Assembly (NCBI GenBank): GCA_018399255.1
Contig: JAGYPA010000001.1
Coordinates: 1,019-65,018, forward strand
Origin: Spirochaetales bacterium
Lineage (GTDB): Bacteria; Spirochaetota; Spirochaetia; JABMQR01
Reading direction: 5' to 3'
DNA: 64,000 nucleotides
Shown piece after piece: positions 38,498 through 47,493 of this stretch; position 1 is the stretch's first letter, and every line of letters starts with the position of its first letter. The position numbers were made by a program, and so were the translations under genes. The notes under the pieces are model-generated. The model saw only the letters and a program-made list of their open reading frames with translations. It did no database searches and had not been told where the DNA came from.

Positions 38498-40046
38498 GCG
38501 GTTTTCTCCTGACTGCGCTTAATGCTTCACGCACAACCGCCTCCTCATCCCAGGGAACAGAGTGATTCCTACGCTCGATTGTTCTTTCATGTCCTTTTCC
38601 AAGAAGCAGTACGCATGTTTCAAGAGCTGAGTTTTTCAGAGCTTTTACAATAGCGCTGCGGCGATCGGTATCAATCAAAATTGTACCCTTGTAGGTATCG
38701 GGGATTCCACTCTTGATTTCCTCAATAATTACTGTTGTATCCTCACTCCTCGAATCATCTTCAGTAAGGATGATTATATCACAATATTCGGCCGCTATCC
38801 TGCCTAGATTGTCGCGCTTGGAAGCATCGCGTTCTCCGGGACTTCCAAATACCGTTATGAAACGATTATCAGGATACAGACAGCGCATATCAGAAAAAAT
38901 ACTCAAAAAAGCATGTTCGGTATGGGCAAAATCCAAAAGAATTGTACCGTTTTCTCCTGCAGGTATTAATTTGAATCGGCCTTTGACAGTTTCCAAGTTA
39001 GTAAGATTGAGTGTTTTCAGCGGGATTCTGTATGAGGAAAATTCCAGGAAAGCAAGCAGAGCTGCAGCAAAGTTTTTCACTTGTGCTGAGAAAACAAAGG
39101 GAAGTACGCAGTCATAGCTGGTTTTTTCTGTTGTTATAGAAACATGCATGCCTGTAAGGCTGAATTTTTCAATGACGATAGTAAGATCAGGTTTACAGAT
39201 TGGCTTTTCAACATGATTGTCGGGCAGTTCCACAGACCATGTTCTGATCTTTTGCGTATCAACGGCAATAGCGTCGAGGGCAGGACGCCAGTCAGCATGA
39301 TCAGGAACCACAGCCGAACCACCGGCAGCCAGTTGGCGAATAATATTCATTTTTGTATCGATATACGCAGCTCTGGAACCATGAAAATCCAAGTGATCTG
39401 AAGTAATTTCGGTACTTACTGCCATTGAAAATGAAATATCCAGCAATCTTCCGGTTGCAGGAGAAAGCCCATGAGAACTGGCTTCTATGACTGCAGTTTT
39501 ACAGCCGTTAGTTACTGCTTCTGATAGAAACTTATGCATTTCTATTGCATCAGGTGTGGTTAAATGAGAACTGTTTTCACTAATTCCCTTTCCGGAGTCC
39601 TTCCAGACTGAGCTGAACAAAGCCGGTTTGTATTCATTACTTTTTAAAAGCTGGTAGAGGAAAAAACAGGTGCTGCTTTTTCCGTCGGTACCGGTAACAC
39701 CGATAACCGGAATTTTTCCTGAGGGGCTATCATAAAACTCAGCGCTTAAGCATGACATCGCACGCTTGATGTCCATAAGCTGAATAAAGCAGATTCCTTT
39801 CGCAAAGGCAGCCATATGCTCTGTATGGATGATAACCACGGCTCCGTTAGCTATAGCCATGTCAATAAAATCATGCCCATTTACATGATATCCGTCTACA
39901 GCAAAAAAAATAAAACCGGGTTTGCAGGTTCTGGAATCATGAGACAATCCAGAAATTTTTCTTTCAGAAAATCCATGCATAACCATATAATCAATGGACC
40001 CCAGAAGCCGGGATAGTAAAAAGAATTGGTCATTTTTTACTGTCAT
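38490..40046 (-). CDS. murE: UDP-N-acetylmuramoyl-tripeptide ligase (Mur ligase, MurE-like). The ATG at 40046 is preferred over the TTG at 40061.
   Basis: GVTGTDGKSST P-loop, DHLDFHG, and a C-terminal Mur ligase domain. Confidence 0.8.
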   Translation of the reverse strand: MTVKNDQFFLLSRLLGSIDYMVMHGFSERKISGLSHDSRTCKPGFIFFAVDGYHVNGHDFIDMAIANGAVVIIHTEHMAAFAKGICFIQLMDIKRAMSCLSAEFYDSPSGKIPVIGVTGTDGKSSTCFFLYQLLKSNEYKPALFSSVWKDSGKGISENSSHLTTPDAIEMHKFLSEAVTNGCKTAVIEASSHGLSPATGRLLDISFSMAVSTEITSDHLDFHGSRAAYIDTKMNIIRQLAAGGSAVVPDHADWRPALDAIAVDTQKIRTWSVELPDNHVEKPICKPDLTIVIEKFSLTGMHVSITTEKTSYDCVLPFVFSAQVKNFAAALLAFLEFSSYRIPLKTLNLTNLETVKGRFKLIPAGENGTILLDFAHTEHAFLSIFSDMRCLYPDNRFITVFGSPGERDASKRDNLGRIAAEYCDIIILTEDDSRSEDTTVIIEEIKSGIPDTYKGTILIDTDRRSAIVKALKNSALETCVLLLGKGHERTIERRNHSVPWDEEAVVREALSAVRRKPHA

Positions 40047-40080
40047 GCTGCATCGTAGCAAAAGTATTCTGATTTTACCA

Positions 40081-40111
40081 CAAGAAAAATAAAAAAAGCG
40101 GCAGGTTCAAC
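40081..40111 (-). terminator. Rho-independent terminator (bidirectional type) ending the hflK-hflC operon.
   Basis: aaaaaaa GCGGCAG gttcaa CTGCCGC tttt. The minus strand reads stem plus TTTTTTT. Confidence 0.75.
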
Positions 40112-40143
40112 TGCCGCTTTTGCTTAACAATGAAAATTTCTTG

Positions 40144-41133
40144 CTATTTAGCACCTTCCACGTTGTACAGATAGTCAAAATAGTCAAGTTCTGTTGACAA
40201 TACCTTATCAAGATCAGGTACTGTTTGTTTGTAGGATTCCAGCGTCAGCCAGAATTCAAAAAATTCAGGGTCTGCAGAATAGGAATCTGCATATACTTTG
40301 GTTGCCGTAGCGTCAGCCGCACCTTTAATATCTTCAGATTTTGCATACGCTTCAGAAAGTATTTTCTTCTTGTCATTTTCCTGCTTGCCCAGCCACTCAG
40401 CTTTCTTTCCTTCGCCGAAAGAACGGTAAGCCTCAGCAATCTGATTTCTTTCCTTAATCATACGATCGTACACACTCGCAGTCAGGTCATCAGAATAGCG
40501 AATCTGGCGAATCAGGATATCTATCAGCTCTATACCGTATTCTTCCCGGGTAATAGGCGCGGCAAGGGCAAACATTTCAGCTGAAAGCTCTTCACGCCCT
40601 TTACTTACAGGATCTGATCTAATTGTCGTTTCAGTAAGGTCGCGGAGGCTTTCTGCTTCCTCTTCGTCCTCAAGTGACTGAACCTGTTCCGTAACGATAA
40701 TCTCGAGAATCCGGTTGGAATTTCTGACCGCTTCGTTGAGAAAGTTCTCGGCAATGATCGTACGGACGGTAGAATCTACAATATCATCGAGGCGGGCATA
40801 CCCCTGTTCTACAGTATTAACAGCCTCATAAAACTTCAGCGGATCAACAATTTTCCAGCGGGCGGTCGTATCGACCCAGATAAACTGGTTTTCTTTGGTA
40901 GGGATCCTTTGAGAATCACCATCCCAGGAGAGAACCCTCTTGGAATATTTAACGACGTTGTCAATAAACGGCACCTTGAACTTCAGGCCGGCCTCTGTCT
41001 GCGTGTTCACTATCGCCCCGAAACGGGTAATGACGGCCTGTTCGCCCTCATACAATATATAAAAAGGACCGAGAATGACAAGAATAATTACCAGCACTAA
41101 AATCACGACCAGGGTAGTAATAAGCTTTTTCAT
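40144..41133 (-). CDS. hflC: Protease modulator HflC (SPFH/band-7).
   Basis: N-terminal TM segment followed by an SPFH domain. It lies immediately downstream of hflK. Confidence 0.85.
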   Translation of the reverse strand: MKKLITTLVVILVLVIILVILGPFYILYEGEQAVITRFGAIVNTQTEAGLKFKVPFIDNVVKYSKRVLSWDGDSQRIPTKENQFIWVDTTARWKIVDPLKFYEAVNTVEQGYARLDDIVDSTVRTIIAENFLNEAVRNSNRILEIIVTEQVQSLEDEEEAESLRDLTETTIRSDPVSKGREELSAEMFALAAPITREEYGIELIDILIRQIRYSDDLTASVYDRMIKERNQIAEAYRSFGEGKKAEWLGKQENDKKKILSEAYAKSEDIKGAADATATKVYADSYSADPEFFEFWLTLESYKQTVPDLDKVLSTELDYFDYLYNVEGAK

Positions 41134-42140
41134 CAGTTTGTTCCCCCTCCTGTTATGACTTCAACGCCTTGGGTTCCGATGCTCTGAATGGGCAGGAAAT
41201 TTTCAAGATGTTTGTCTATGATAGTTATTGAACCATTAGATCCCGGCTGCAGAATCTGCTCGATGGTTTCAATATAGAGCCGGGTTGCGGTAACCTCAGG
41301 ATCTGCAGCATATGCTTCTCTAACCGCGTTAAAACGGGCAACATCACCTATAGCTTCATTTGTTCTCTCAACAGCGTATCCTTCGGCTATCTGAATCAGC
41401 TGGAGCGCTTCTCCCTGAGCCTTGGGAATTTCTTTATTGTAGGCCTGCTTTCCTTCGTTTATCAACCGGTTCATATCCTGTACCGATTTGTTTACATCCT
41501 CAAAGGCATCCTGAACTTCACCGACCGGCGGAATAATGTTTCTCAGCTTTACGGTGACCACCTGAATGCCGAGGCCATAAGAATCCAGGACTTTCTGCAT
41601 GCGCTGCTGGGCTTCGTATTCAATAGTTATTCTTTCAGATCCCATAACAGCCAGAATAGCGAGATCGCCTACCAGCTGGTTAATAACAGACTGACTTATG
41701 TCTCGAATAGTTTTTTCCCGGTCAAGGACATTGAAAAGCCAGGCATAGGGATCGTTAATACGATACTGCAGGGTCCATTCAATATCTATAATATTCAGAT
41801 CTCCGGTAAGCATGACTGATTCTTCGGGAAAATCATTTCTGGCAAAAGTTGATGAAACTCCTGCCTGTTCAGTACGGAAACCGAAGCTCATCGTCTGAAC
41901 CACCTCAGTCGGCACATTGTAGTTTTTCTCTAAGCCGAAAGGAAGCTTCCACTGCAGTCCGGCTCCCACAATTCGATCAAACTGGCCGAATCTGAGGACC
42001 ACTCCCTTTTCTGTCTGGTCAACAACGAAGAAGCTGCTAAGTCCAAGAACAATCAGAATAATAACTGCAATAATTACTATGATGATTTTCGGTTGAACTG
42101 TGAACTGCTTCGGAGTTGAATTGGCGTTACGTTCCAGCAT
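41133..42140 (-). CDS. hflK: Protease modulator HflK (SPFH/band-7).
   Basis: TM segment plus SPFH domain, paired with hflC. Confidence 0.85.
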   Translation of the reverse strand: MLERNANSTPKQFTVQPKIIIVIIAVIILIVLGLSSFFVVDQTEKGVVLRFGQFDRIVGAGLQWKLPFGLEKNYNVPTEVVQTMSFGFRTEQAGVSSTFARNDFPEESVMLTGDLNIIDIEWTLQYRINDPYAWLFNVLDREKTIRDISQSVINQLVGDLAILAVMGSERITIEYEAQQRMQKVLDSYGLGIQVVTVKLRNIIPPVGEVQDAFEDVNKSVQDMNRLINEGKQAYNKEIPKAQGEALQLIQIAEGYAVERTNEAIGDVARFNAVREAYAADPEVTATRLYIETIEQILQPGSNGSITIIDKHLENFLPIQSIGTQGVEVITGGGTN

Positions 42141-42276
42141 AACTCCTCCTCGAAATATACATTCACCATTAAGTTAATCCGATACCATGCTATAGTCAAG
42201 GTATACCGGCTATTCTTATCAAATCTATTAGCTGAACGGATTGAACAGAGCTGTTCTAATCGCTATATTAGGGGAT

Positions 42277-44520
42277 ATGGAAAAACACAAACGACGTCTG
42301 ATAACCTCAGCCTTGCCCTATGTCAACAACATACCTCACCTCGGGAACCTTATCCAGGTGCTTTCGGCCGATGTTTTTGCCAGGTTCTGCCGGATACGCG
42401 GGTATGAAACCCTCTATGTGTGCGGAACTGATGAATATGGTACAGCAACCGAAACCCGCGCCCTGCAGGAGGGAATAACCCCGCAGGAGCTTTGTGATCA
42501 CTACAATGCAATACATACCGAAATATATGACTGGTTCACCATCGCTTTCGACCGGTTTGGAAGGACTTCGACCCCCAGGCAGACTGAAATAGTCCAGGAT
42601 ATTTTTTCCAAAGCTGATGCTGCAGGCTATATAGTCGAGCGTGAGATTGATCAGCTTTTCTGTCATTCCTGCGACCGCTTTCTTGCAGATCGTTTTGTCA
42701 ATGGAATCTGTCCGCATTGCGGCTATGAAGATGCCAGAGGTGATCAGTGTGAACATTGCGGGAAACTGCTGGATCCCACCGAACTCTCTCACCCGAAGTG
42801 CGGCGTTTGCGGAAGCGAGCCGGAACTGCGCTCGACAAAACACCTCTATCTGGATCTTCCCGGGGTGCTTCCCTTGCTTGAAAGTTGGATAGATAAAGCT
42901 TCAGTCGAAGGGTTCTGGGCCAGGAATGCCGTTCAGATGACAAAAAGCTGGATCAGAGACGGCTTAAAGGAACGCTGCATAACCCGTGACCTGAAATGGG
43001 GAATTCCGGTTCCCAAGGAAGGGTACGAAGGGAAAGTTTTTTATGTCTGGTTTGATGCTCCCATCGGATATATATCCATTTCAGCCAATCATACAGACGA
43101 CTGGGAATCGTGGTGGAAAAATCCGGATGAGGTGGAACTCTTTCAATTTATTGGAAAGGATAATATTCCGTTTCATACCGTTATTTTTCCCAGCTCACTG
43201 CTTGCAAGCGGCGACAACTGGACGCTTCTGCACCATATGTCATCAACAGAATATTTGAACTATGAAAACGGCAAATTTTCGAAAAGCAAAGGAATAGGCG
43301 TGTTTGGTACCGATGCCCGGGATACCGGAATTCCGGCTGACGTCTGGCGTTTCTACATCTACTATAATCGTCCTGAAAAAGCTGATGCTCAGTTTACCTG
43401 GGCTGATTTTCAGGAAAAGGTGAACGGCGAACTGATCGGTAATCTTGGTAATCTGGTTAACCGGACGATTTCCTTTATCAATCGGTTTTATGACAGCAGT
43501 GTCCCTGAAGGTGCTGCAGATGCCGAATTTCTGAGCGAAGTAAAAGAACGTGAAGCTGAAGTGACCCTGCATCTTGAGCGGGCTGAGCTCAGGGATGGTC
43601 TCAGGAAAATTTTTGCTCTTTCTTCATTCGGCAATAGGACTTTTCAGGCTGGTGAACCATGGAAAAGCCGCAAAGAACAGCCGGAAGCAGCAGCCGGACT
43701 GATCAGAAGCCTGGCTTATCTGATCAGGGATCTTGGAATTATGATAGAACCGTATCTTCCGGGAACGTCCAGACGTATTCTCGGGTTTTTCGGGATTAAT
43801 GAGATAGCCTGGGATCAGTTAGGAATCTTTACCGGTCTTGATTCTGTTGGTAAGGCCGAAATTCTTTTTGATAAGCTTGAAGATGAGACAATTGCCGTAC
43901 TTCGTGACAAATTTTCGGGAACCCAGGATGATCGCAAGCTCGAAGCTGCAAAGGATTCAAAGGAGATGGAGATGGAGATGGAAGAATCTATAATTGTGCA
44001 GCCGCAGGAAGTATCTGCCGGAATACGGTTTAATGAGACTGCAGACTTGAGGGCAGCCAGAATAACCGCTGTAGAACGGCATCCTGAAGCAGATAAGCTC
44101 TATATTGAAACCCTTGATGTCGGTGAGAGCGAACCGCGTACGATAGTTTCCGGACTGGTTCCTTTTTATTCCGAAGATGAGCTGCTGGGAAGGACAATCA
44201 TTCTCGTATATAATTTAAAGCCCGCTAAGCTTAGAGGGGTTAAAAGTAACGGGATGCTGCTTGCTGCAAGCCGTAATGGTGCTGACGGAGGAAAGGAAGA
44301 AGTAGAGGTCCTGTTTGCCGACTGGGCAGAGCCGGGGCAGCGGATTTCTGTCGGCGATCTTGAAATTCCAGCCGAAGACAGGAAGAGAATTACGGTTGAT
44401 ACGTTCTTCTCCATCCCCCTTTCTGTTTCCGATCACGAGGTGAAAGTCGATAATCTATCTCTGTCAGCAGCAGGAAAATCTATTCGGACTGCTAGAATTT
44501 CACATGGAGATGTTGGTTAG
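42277..44520 (+). CDS. metG: Methionyl-tRNA synthetase with a C-terminal tRNA-binding (EMAP/Trbp111-like) domain. The start is called at MEKHKRRLITSALPYVNN.
   Basis: HIGH motif (PYVNNIPHLGN), Zn knuckle CPHCG..CEHCG, KMSKS (KFSKSKG), and a C-terminal OB-fold domain. Confidence 0.9.
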   Translation: MEKHKRRLITSALPYVNNIPHLGNLIQVLSADVFARFCRIRGYETLYVCGTDEYGTATETRALQEGITPQELCDHYNAIHTEIYDWFTIAFDRFGRTSTPRQTEIVQDIFSKADAAGYIVEREIDQLFCHSCDRFLADRFVNGICPHCGYEDARGDQCEHCGKLLDPTELSHPKCGVCGSEPELRSTKHLYLDLPGVLPLLESWIDKASVEGFWARNAVQMTKSWIRDGLKERCITRDLKWGIPVPKEGYEGKVFYVWFDAPIGYISISANHTDDWESWWKNPDEVELFQFIGKDNIPFHTVIFPSSLLASGDNWTLLHHMSSTEYLNYENGKFSKSKGIGVFGTDARDTGIPADVWRFYIYYNRPEKADAQFTWADFQEKVNGELIGNLGNLVNRTISFINRFYDSSVPEGAADAEFLSEVKEREAEVTLHLERAELRDGLRKIFALSSFGNRTFQAGEPWKSRKEQPEAAAGLIRSLAYLIRDLGIMIEPYLPGTSRRILGFFGINEIAWDQLGIFTGLDSVGKAEILFDKLEDETIAVLRDKFSGTQDDRKLEAAKDSKEMEMEMEESIIVQPQEVSAGIRFNETADLRAARITAVERHPEADKLYIETLDVGESEPRTIVSGLVPFYSEDELLGRTIILVYNLKPAKLRGVKSNGMLLAASRNGADGGKEEVEVLFADWAEPGQRISVGDLEIPAEDRKRITVDTFFSIPLSVSDHEVKVDNLSLSAAGKSIRTARISHGDVG

Positions 44521-45589
44521 GCCTGCCTCTCTGCAGGCGCTCGAAAATGCAGAAAATCCTTTCCAGTCCAGGTTCTGGGCAGAAATAAAGAAATCGAACG
44601 GATGGGATCCGCATGCATTTGACCTCTCTTTTTCAAAAGCTCGATTACCAGGCAGCTCCGACTGCATTGACAAGACCAGCGTTTTGCTGGTCTTGTCAAA
44701 AAATATTTTCCCGGGAGCTGGCATAGCCTATGTCCCTTTTGGGCCTGACCTGCCGCAAGGGAACATTGACGCTTCAGACTTGAAGCAATTAACCTTTCAA
44801 CTGAAAAAATTAATAAAAAAAAATCTTTTTCTTGTAAGATTCGACTTCCCATGGAACTCAGTTATTACTCAGAGGAAAACTGACAGCAATACGAACCCCG
44901 TTCGTACCAGGCTGCTGCCTCGTCGACTATCCTATGCTATTCAGCCTGAAGCAACATTGCTTCTCGATTTAGCACCCCCTGTGGAAAGTATCTATGATAA
45001 TTTCAGGAAACGGGCTAAGCGGCACATTGTCCGGGGGATGCAGTCTCTCGTTACGGAAACGTTTACTAATCCAGTTCCTGAAGAAGTTTTTTCCGACTGG
45101 TATGATATATACAGAATAACTGCCCGACGGGACGGCTTTCATCCACGTTCATCGGAATACCTTCAGAAAATGCTGAGTTTGTCACAGAATGATAATAAAT
45201 CAACGGGATGCATGCTTACTGCAGCCCGACAGCACGGTCGCATGGTTGCCGGCAGCATAACCCTCAGATCCAGAAACATTGCTGTCTATTTGTTTGGCGC
45301 TTCTCTGCGGGAAGAGGGTCAAAAATCCAGTCCCTCATATCTTGTACAGTGGCAGGCCATTCAGGAAGCCAGGCGGCTGGGGTGCAGGGTGTATGATTTT
45401 TTTGGCATCTCTCCTGCTGATGCTGCTTCGGGAAAATCTCACCATCTTCAGAGTCTCGCCCAGTTTAAGCGGTCATTTGGCGGGATGTATGCTGAAAGGC
45501 CTGGAACCTGGGATGTACCGCTGCGTCCGTTGACCTATAAGTTGTTCACAATAGCGGAAAAGTACCGGATACATGCAGCCCGTTCATAA
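44504..45589 (+). CDS. FemAB-family (FemX/MurM-like) aminoacyl-tRNA-dependent peptidyltransferase candidate.
   Basis: 361 aa with two GNAT-like halves and an FGG/FK(R/K)xFGG C-terminal block typical of FemABX. It overlaps the metG end by 17 nt. Confidence 0.6.
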   Translation: MEMLVRPASLQALENAENPFQSRFWAEIKKSNGWDPHAFDLSFSKARLPGSSDCIDKTSVLLVLSKNIFPGAGIAYVPFGPDLPQGNIDASDLKQLTFQLKKLIKKNLFLVRFDFPWNSVITQRKTDSNTNPVRTRLLPRRLSYAIQPEATLLLDLAPPVESIYDNFRKRAKRHIVRGMQSLVTETFTNPVPEEVFSDWYDIYRITARRDGFHPRSSEYLQKMLSLSQNDNKSTGCMLTAARQHGRMVAGSITLRSRNIAVYLFGASLREEGQKSSPSYLVQWQAIQEARRLGCRVYDFFGISPADAASGKSHHLQSLAQFKRSFGGMYAERPGTWDVPLRPLTYKLFTIAEKYRIHAARS

Positions 45590-45625
45590 AACATGTTTGC
45601 TTCCTGAGAAATAATCCAGCAGATA

Positions 45626-47002
45626 CTAATAAGTAGTATCCATAAGGGGCTGCGTATTGGCCAATGAACGAAAGCGGTTTCCTCTGTCAAATTCATGAAG
45701 AAACAGCTCAAAAGAAGAGGCTCCCGGAGAGAGCAGGACACAGCAGGTTATACCCTTGGCTGCATCATTTACAGCGGGTTCTCTGGCAGCATGAAAAGCT
45801 GCTTCCATGGAAGGGTGGGGGCCTGAAAATTGAATTTGTTCAGCAGCCAAAAGAGGAATGAGTTTTCGCGTAAGTGAGCCGTCTAGAAGATGAACCGAAG
45901 CGGACCTCCTGCATGCTTCAACCAGCTTATCCAGTACGAGGTTTTTATCAGTTCCGCCGGCAATAAGGTGAACTTTCTGATTGCTGAAGGTATAAACCGC
46001 AAATAGTGATGCTTCCGGAACAGTTGCGGCGCTGTCATTAATATAGGTGATTCTGCTAGTTCCATAGAATTGTACCGCTGCAGCCTCTTGTCGGTGAGGG
46101 ATACCGGGAAAATCTTTCAGTCTTTTTACAATCATATCGCGGGGGATACCCCAGGCTGAGCAGGCCGCTGCTGCCGGAATCAATTCATATGAAACATCAG
46201 TTAATGGAAAAAATGAGGTTAGAGGAGGAATTGAGGTCTGGGGATTAATGGATAAATGATTTGCCTGGAAATAGTGTATCTCAGGGGCTTCCGCTGCATA
46301 AGAATTGATAATATGCCTGACTTCCGCCGGAGCGACCGCTTTCCCGTGGGGCTTTAAAAAATTGAATATTTTAAATTTATCGGAAAAATAGTCTTTTTGG
46401 GAGGTATAAGCGTTGAGATGGTCTGGAAATAATGATGTTAGCACAATCAGAGACAAGTATTTACCGGTTGTTGAGCTATACAGAGCAGCATCGCGAAGCT
46501 GCCATGAAGACATTTCTGCTACGAGCACGGTTTTCTTTTTTTCTTCAGCAGTCATGGCCTCAGTTTGTTCGAGCACAGCAAAAGGTGAAATTCCCATATT
46601 GCCCATCAGGATTGGATGTAAATCAGCCTTTTCCAATATATAGGCTATTGCAGAAGCAGTGGTTGATTTACCTTTTGTTCCGGTAATGCCGATTACAGGA
46701 AGTCGGAACAAGGGGAGGGTATACGAAAAATCACTCTGTATGTTTCTGCATCCGTCAAGGATGGGAATATCAGGTGCTGCTGCAGGGCTTTTTATTATCA
46801 AGTCAGCAGAATGTACTGCATGTTCAGGATGGCTTCCTAAATAGTAGGTAATAGGGTAGTCCTTCAGCTGGTCTATAGAATTTGACAAACATGATTGTTC
46901 TGCCAAATCGGTAACAGCTACTGAATGTCCTGCTTTTGCAAAATAAGCTGCTGCTCCTGTTCCGCCGCCATGCTGTCCCAATCCGAATATTAAAACCTTC
47001 AT
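45626..47002 (-). CDS. murD: UDP-N-acetylmuramoylalanine--D-glutamate ligase.
   Basis: N-terminal Rossmann (IFGLGQHGGG), GITGTKGKSTT P-loop, and Mur ligase C-domain. Confidence 0.85.
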   Translation of the reverse strand: MKVLIFGLGQHGGGTGAAAYFAKAGHSVAVTDLAEQSCLSNSIDQLKDYPITYYLGSHPEHAVHSADLIIKSPAAAPDIPILDGCRNIQSDFSYTLPLFRLPVIGITGTKGKSTTASAIAYILEKADLHPILMGNMGISPFAVLEQTEAMTAEEKKKTVLVAEMSSWQLRDAALYSSTTGKYLSLIVLTSLFPDHLNAYTSQKDYFSDKFKIFNFLKPHGKAVAPAEVRHIINSYAAEAPEIHYFQANHLSINPQTSIPPLTSFFPLTDVSYELIPAAAACSAWGIPRDMIVKRLKDFPGIPHRQEAAAVQFYGTSRITYINDSAATVPEASLFAVYTFSNQKVHLIAGGTDKNLVLDKLVEACRRSASVHLLDGSLTRKLIPLLAAEQIQFSGPHPSMEAAFHAAREPAVNDAAKGITCCVLLSPGASSFELFLHEFDRGNRFRSLANTQPLMDTTY

Positions 47003-47118
47003 GCTTTATATGGCTGCTCCTGTGTCCATAAATTGGTTTGATTCATGATTTCCTGTCCATTTTTCCTGTCCATTATAGTAGGCGAAATCAATATTTACAA
47101 TAATTATTAGTGGTCCCC

Positions 47119-47147
47119 TTGACCTCAATAAGCTTAATCGGCATAAT
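47119..47147 (+). promoter_or_regulatory. Sigma70-type promoter: TTGACC, 17-bp spacer, CATAAT.
   Basis: Near-consensus -35/-10 with exact 17-bp spacing, about 34 nt upstream of the AAGGAG RBS of the 29-codon ORF. Confidence 0.6.
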
Positions 47148-47180
47148 ATGCGAGACTTTGAATAAGTAAGGAGCTTAACT

Positions 47181-47270
47181 GTGCCCTGTGGAAAAAAAAG
47201 AAAAAGACATAAAATTGCAACTCACAAAAGAAAGAAAAAACTGAGAAAGAATAGACATAAGAAAAAATAA
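47181..47270 (+). CDS. Tiny, extremely basic 29-aa peptide; a candidate bS22-like (AURKAIP1/COX24-type) small ribosomal protein. It is not in the ORF track.
   Basis: Own translation: (V/M)PCGKKRKRHKIATHKRKKKLRKNRHKKK. It has a GTG start 7 nt after AAGGAG, its own promoter, and a hairpin plus T-run immediately downstream. Confidence 0.5.
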   Translation: MPCGKKRKRHKIATHKRKKKLRKNRHKKK

Positions 47271-47279
47271 AAGGTAATT

Positions 47280-47300
47280 TCAGAAAATTTCTGATTTTTT
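47280..47300 (+). terminator. Small hairpin plus U-run directly after the peptide ORF.
   Basis: TCAGAAAATTTCTGA palindrome followed by TTTTTT. Confidence 0.4.
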
Positions 47301-47355
47301 GAATTGTCAGGTTTTTACAGATTGATATTATAGTTTTACTGACGCTTTGCTTAAA

Positions 47356-47402
47356 AGCTGTTCCCTATAAAATACTTACAAGTAAGGGGAACGGCTTTTT
47401 TC
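47356..47402. terminator. Long imperfect stem-loop followed by TTTTTT. Terminator-like, and could serve both strands.
   Basis: AGCTGTTCCC ... GGGAACGGCT (10 bp including one G-U pair), then tttttt. Confidence 0.5.
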
Positions 47403-47493
47403 TGTCTTTATTCTGTGTATGCTAGACATAGCCTGATTATAGGCTCAGATCAGTACTGCTGAGGTCTGTTTTTGTACCGCTGCTTGCACTTGG

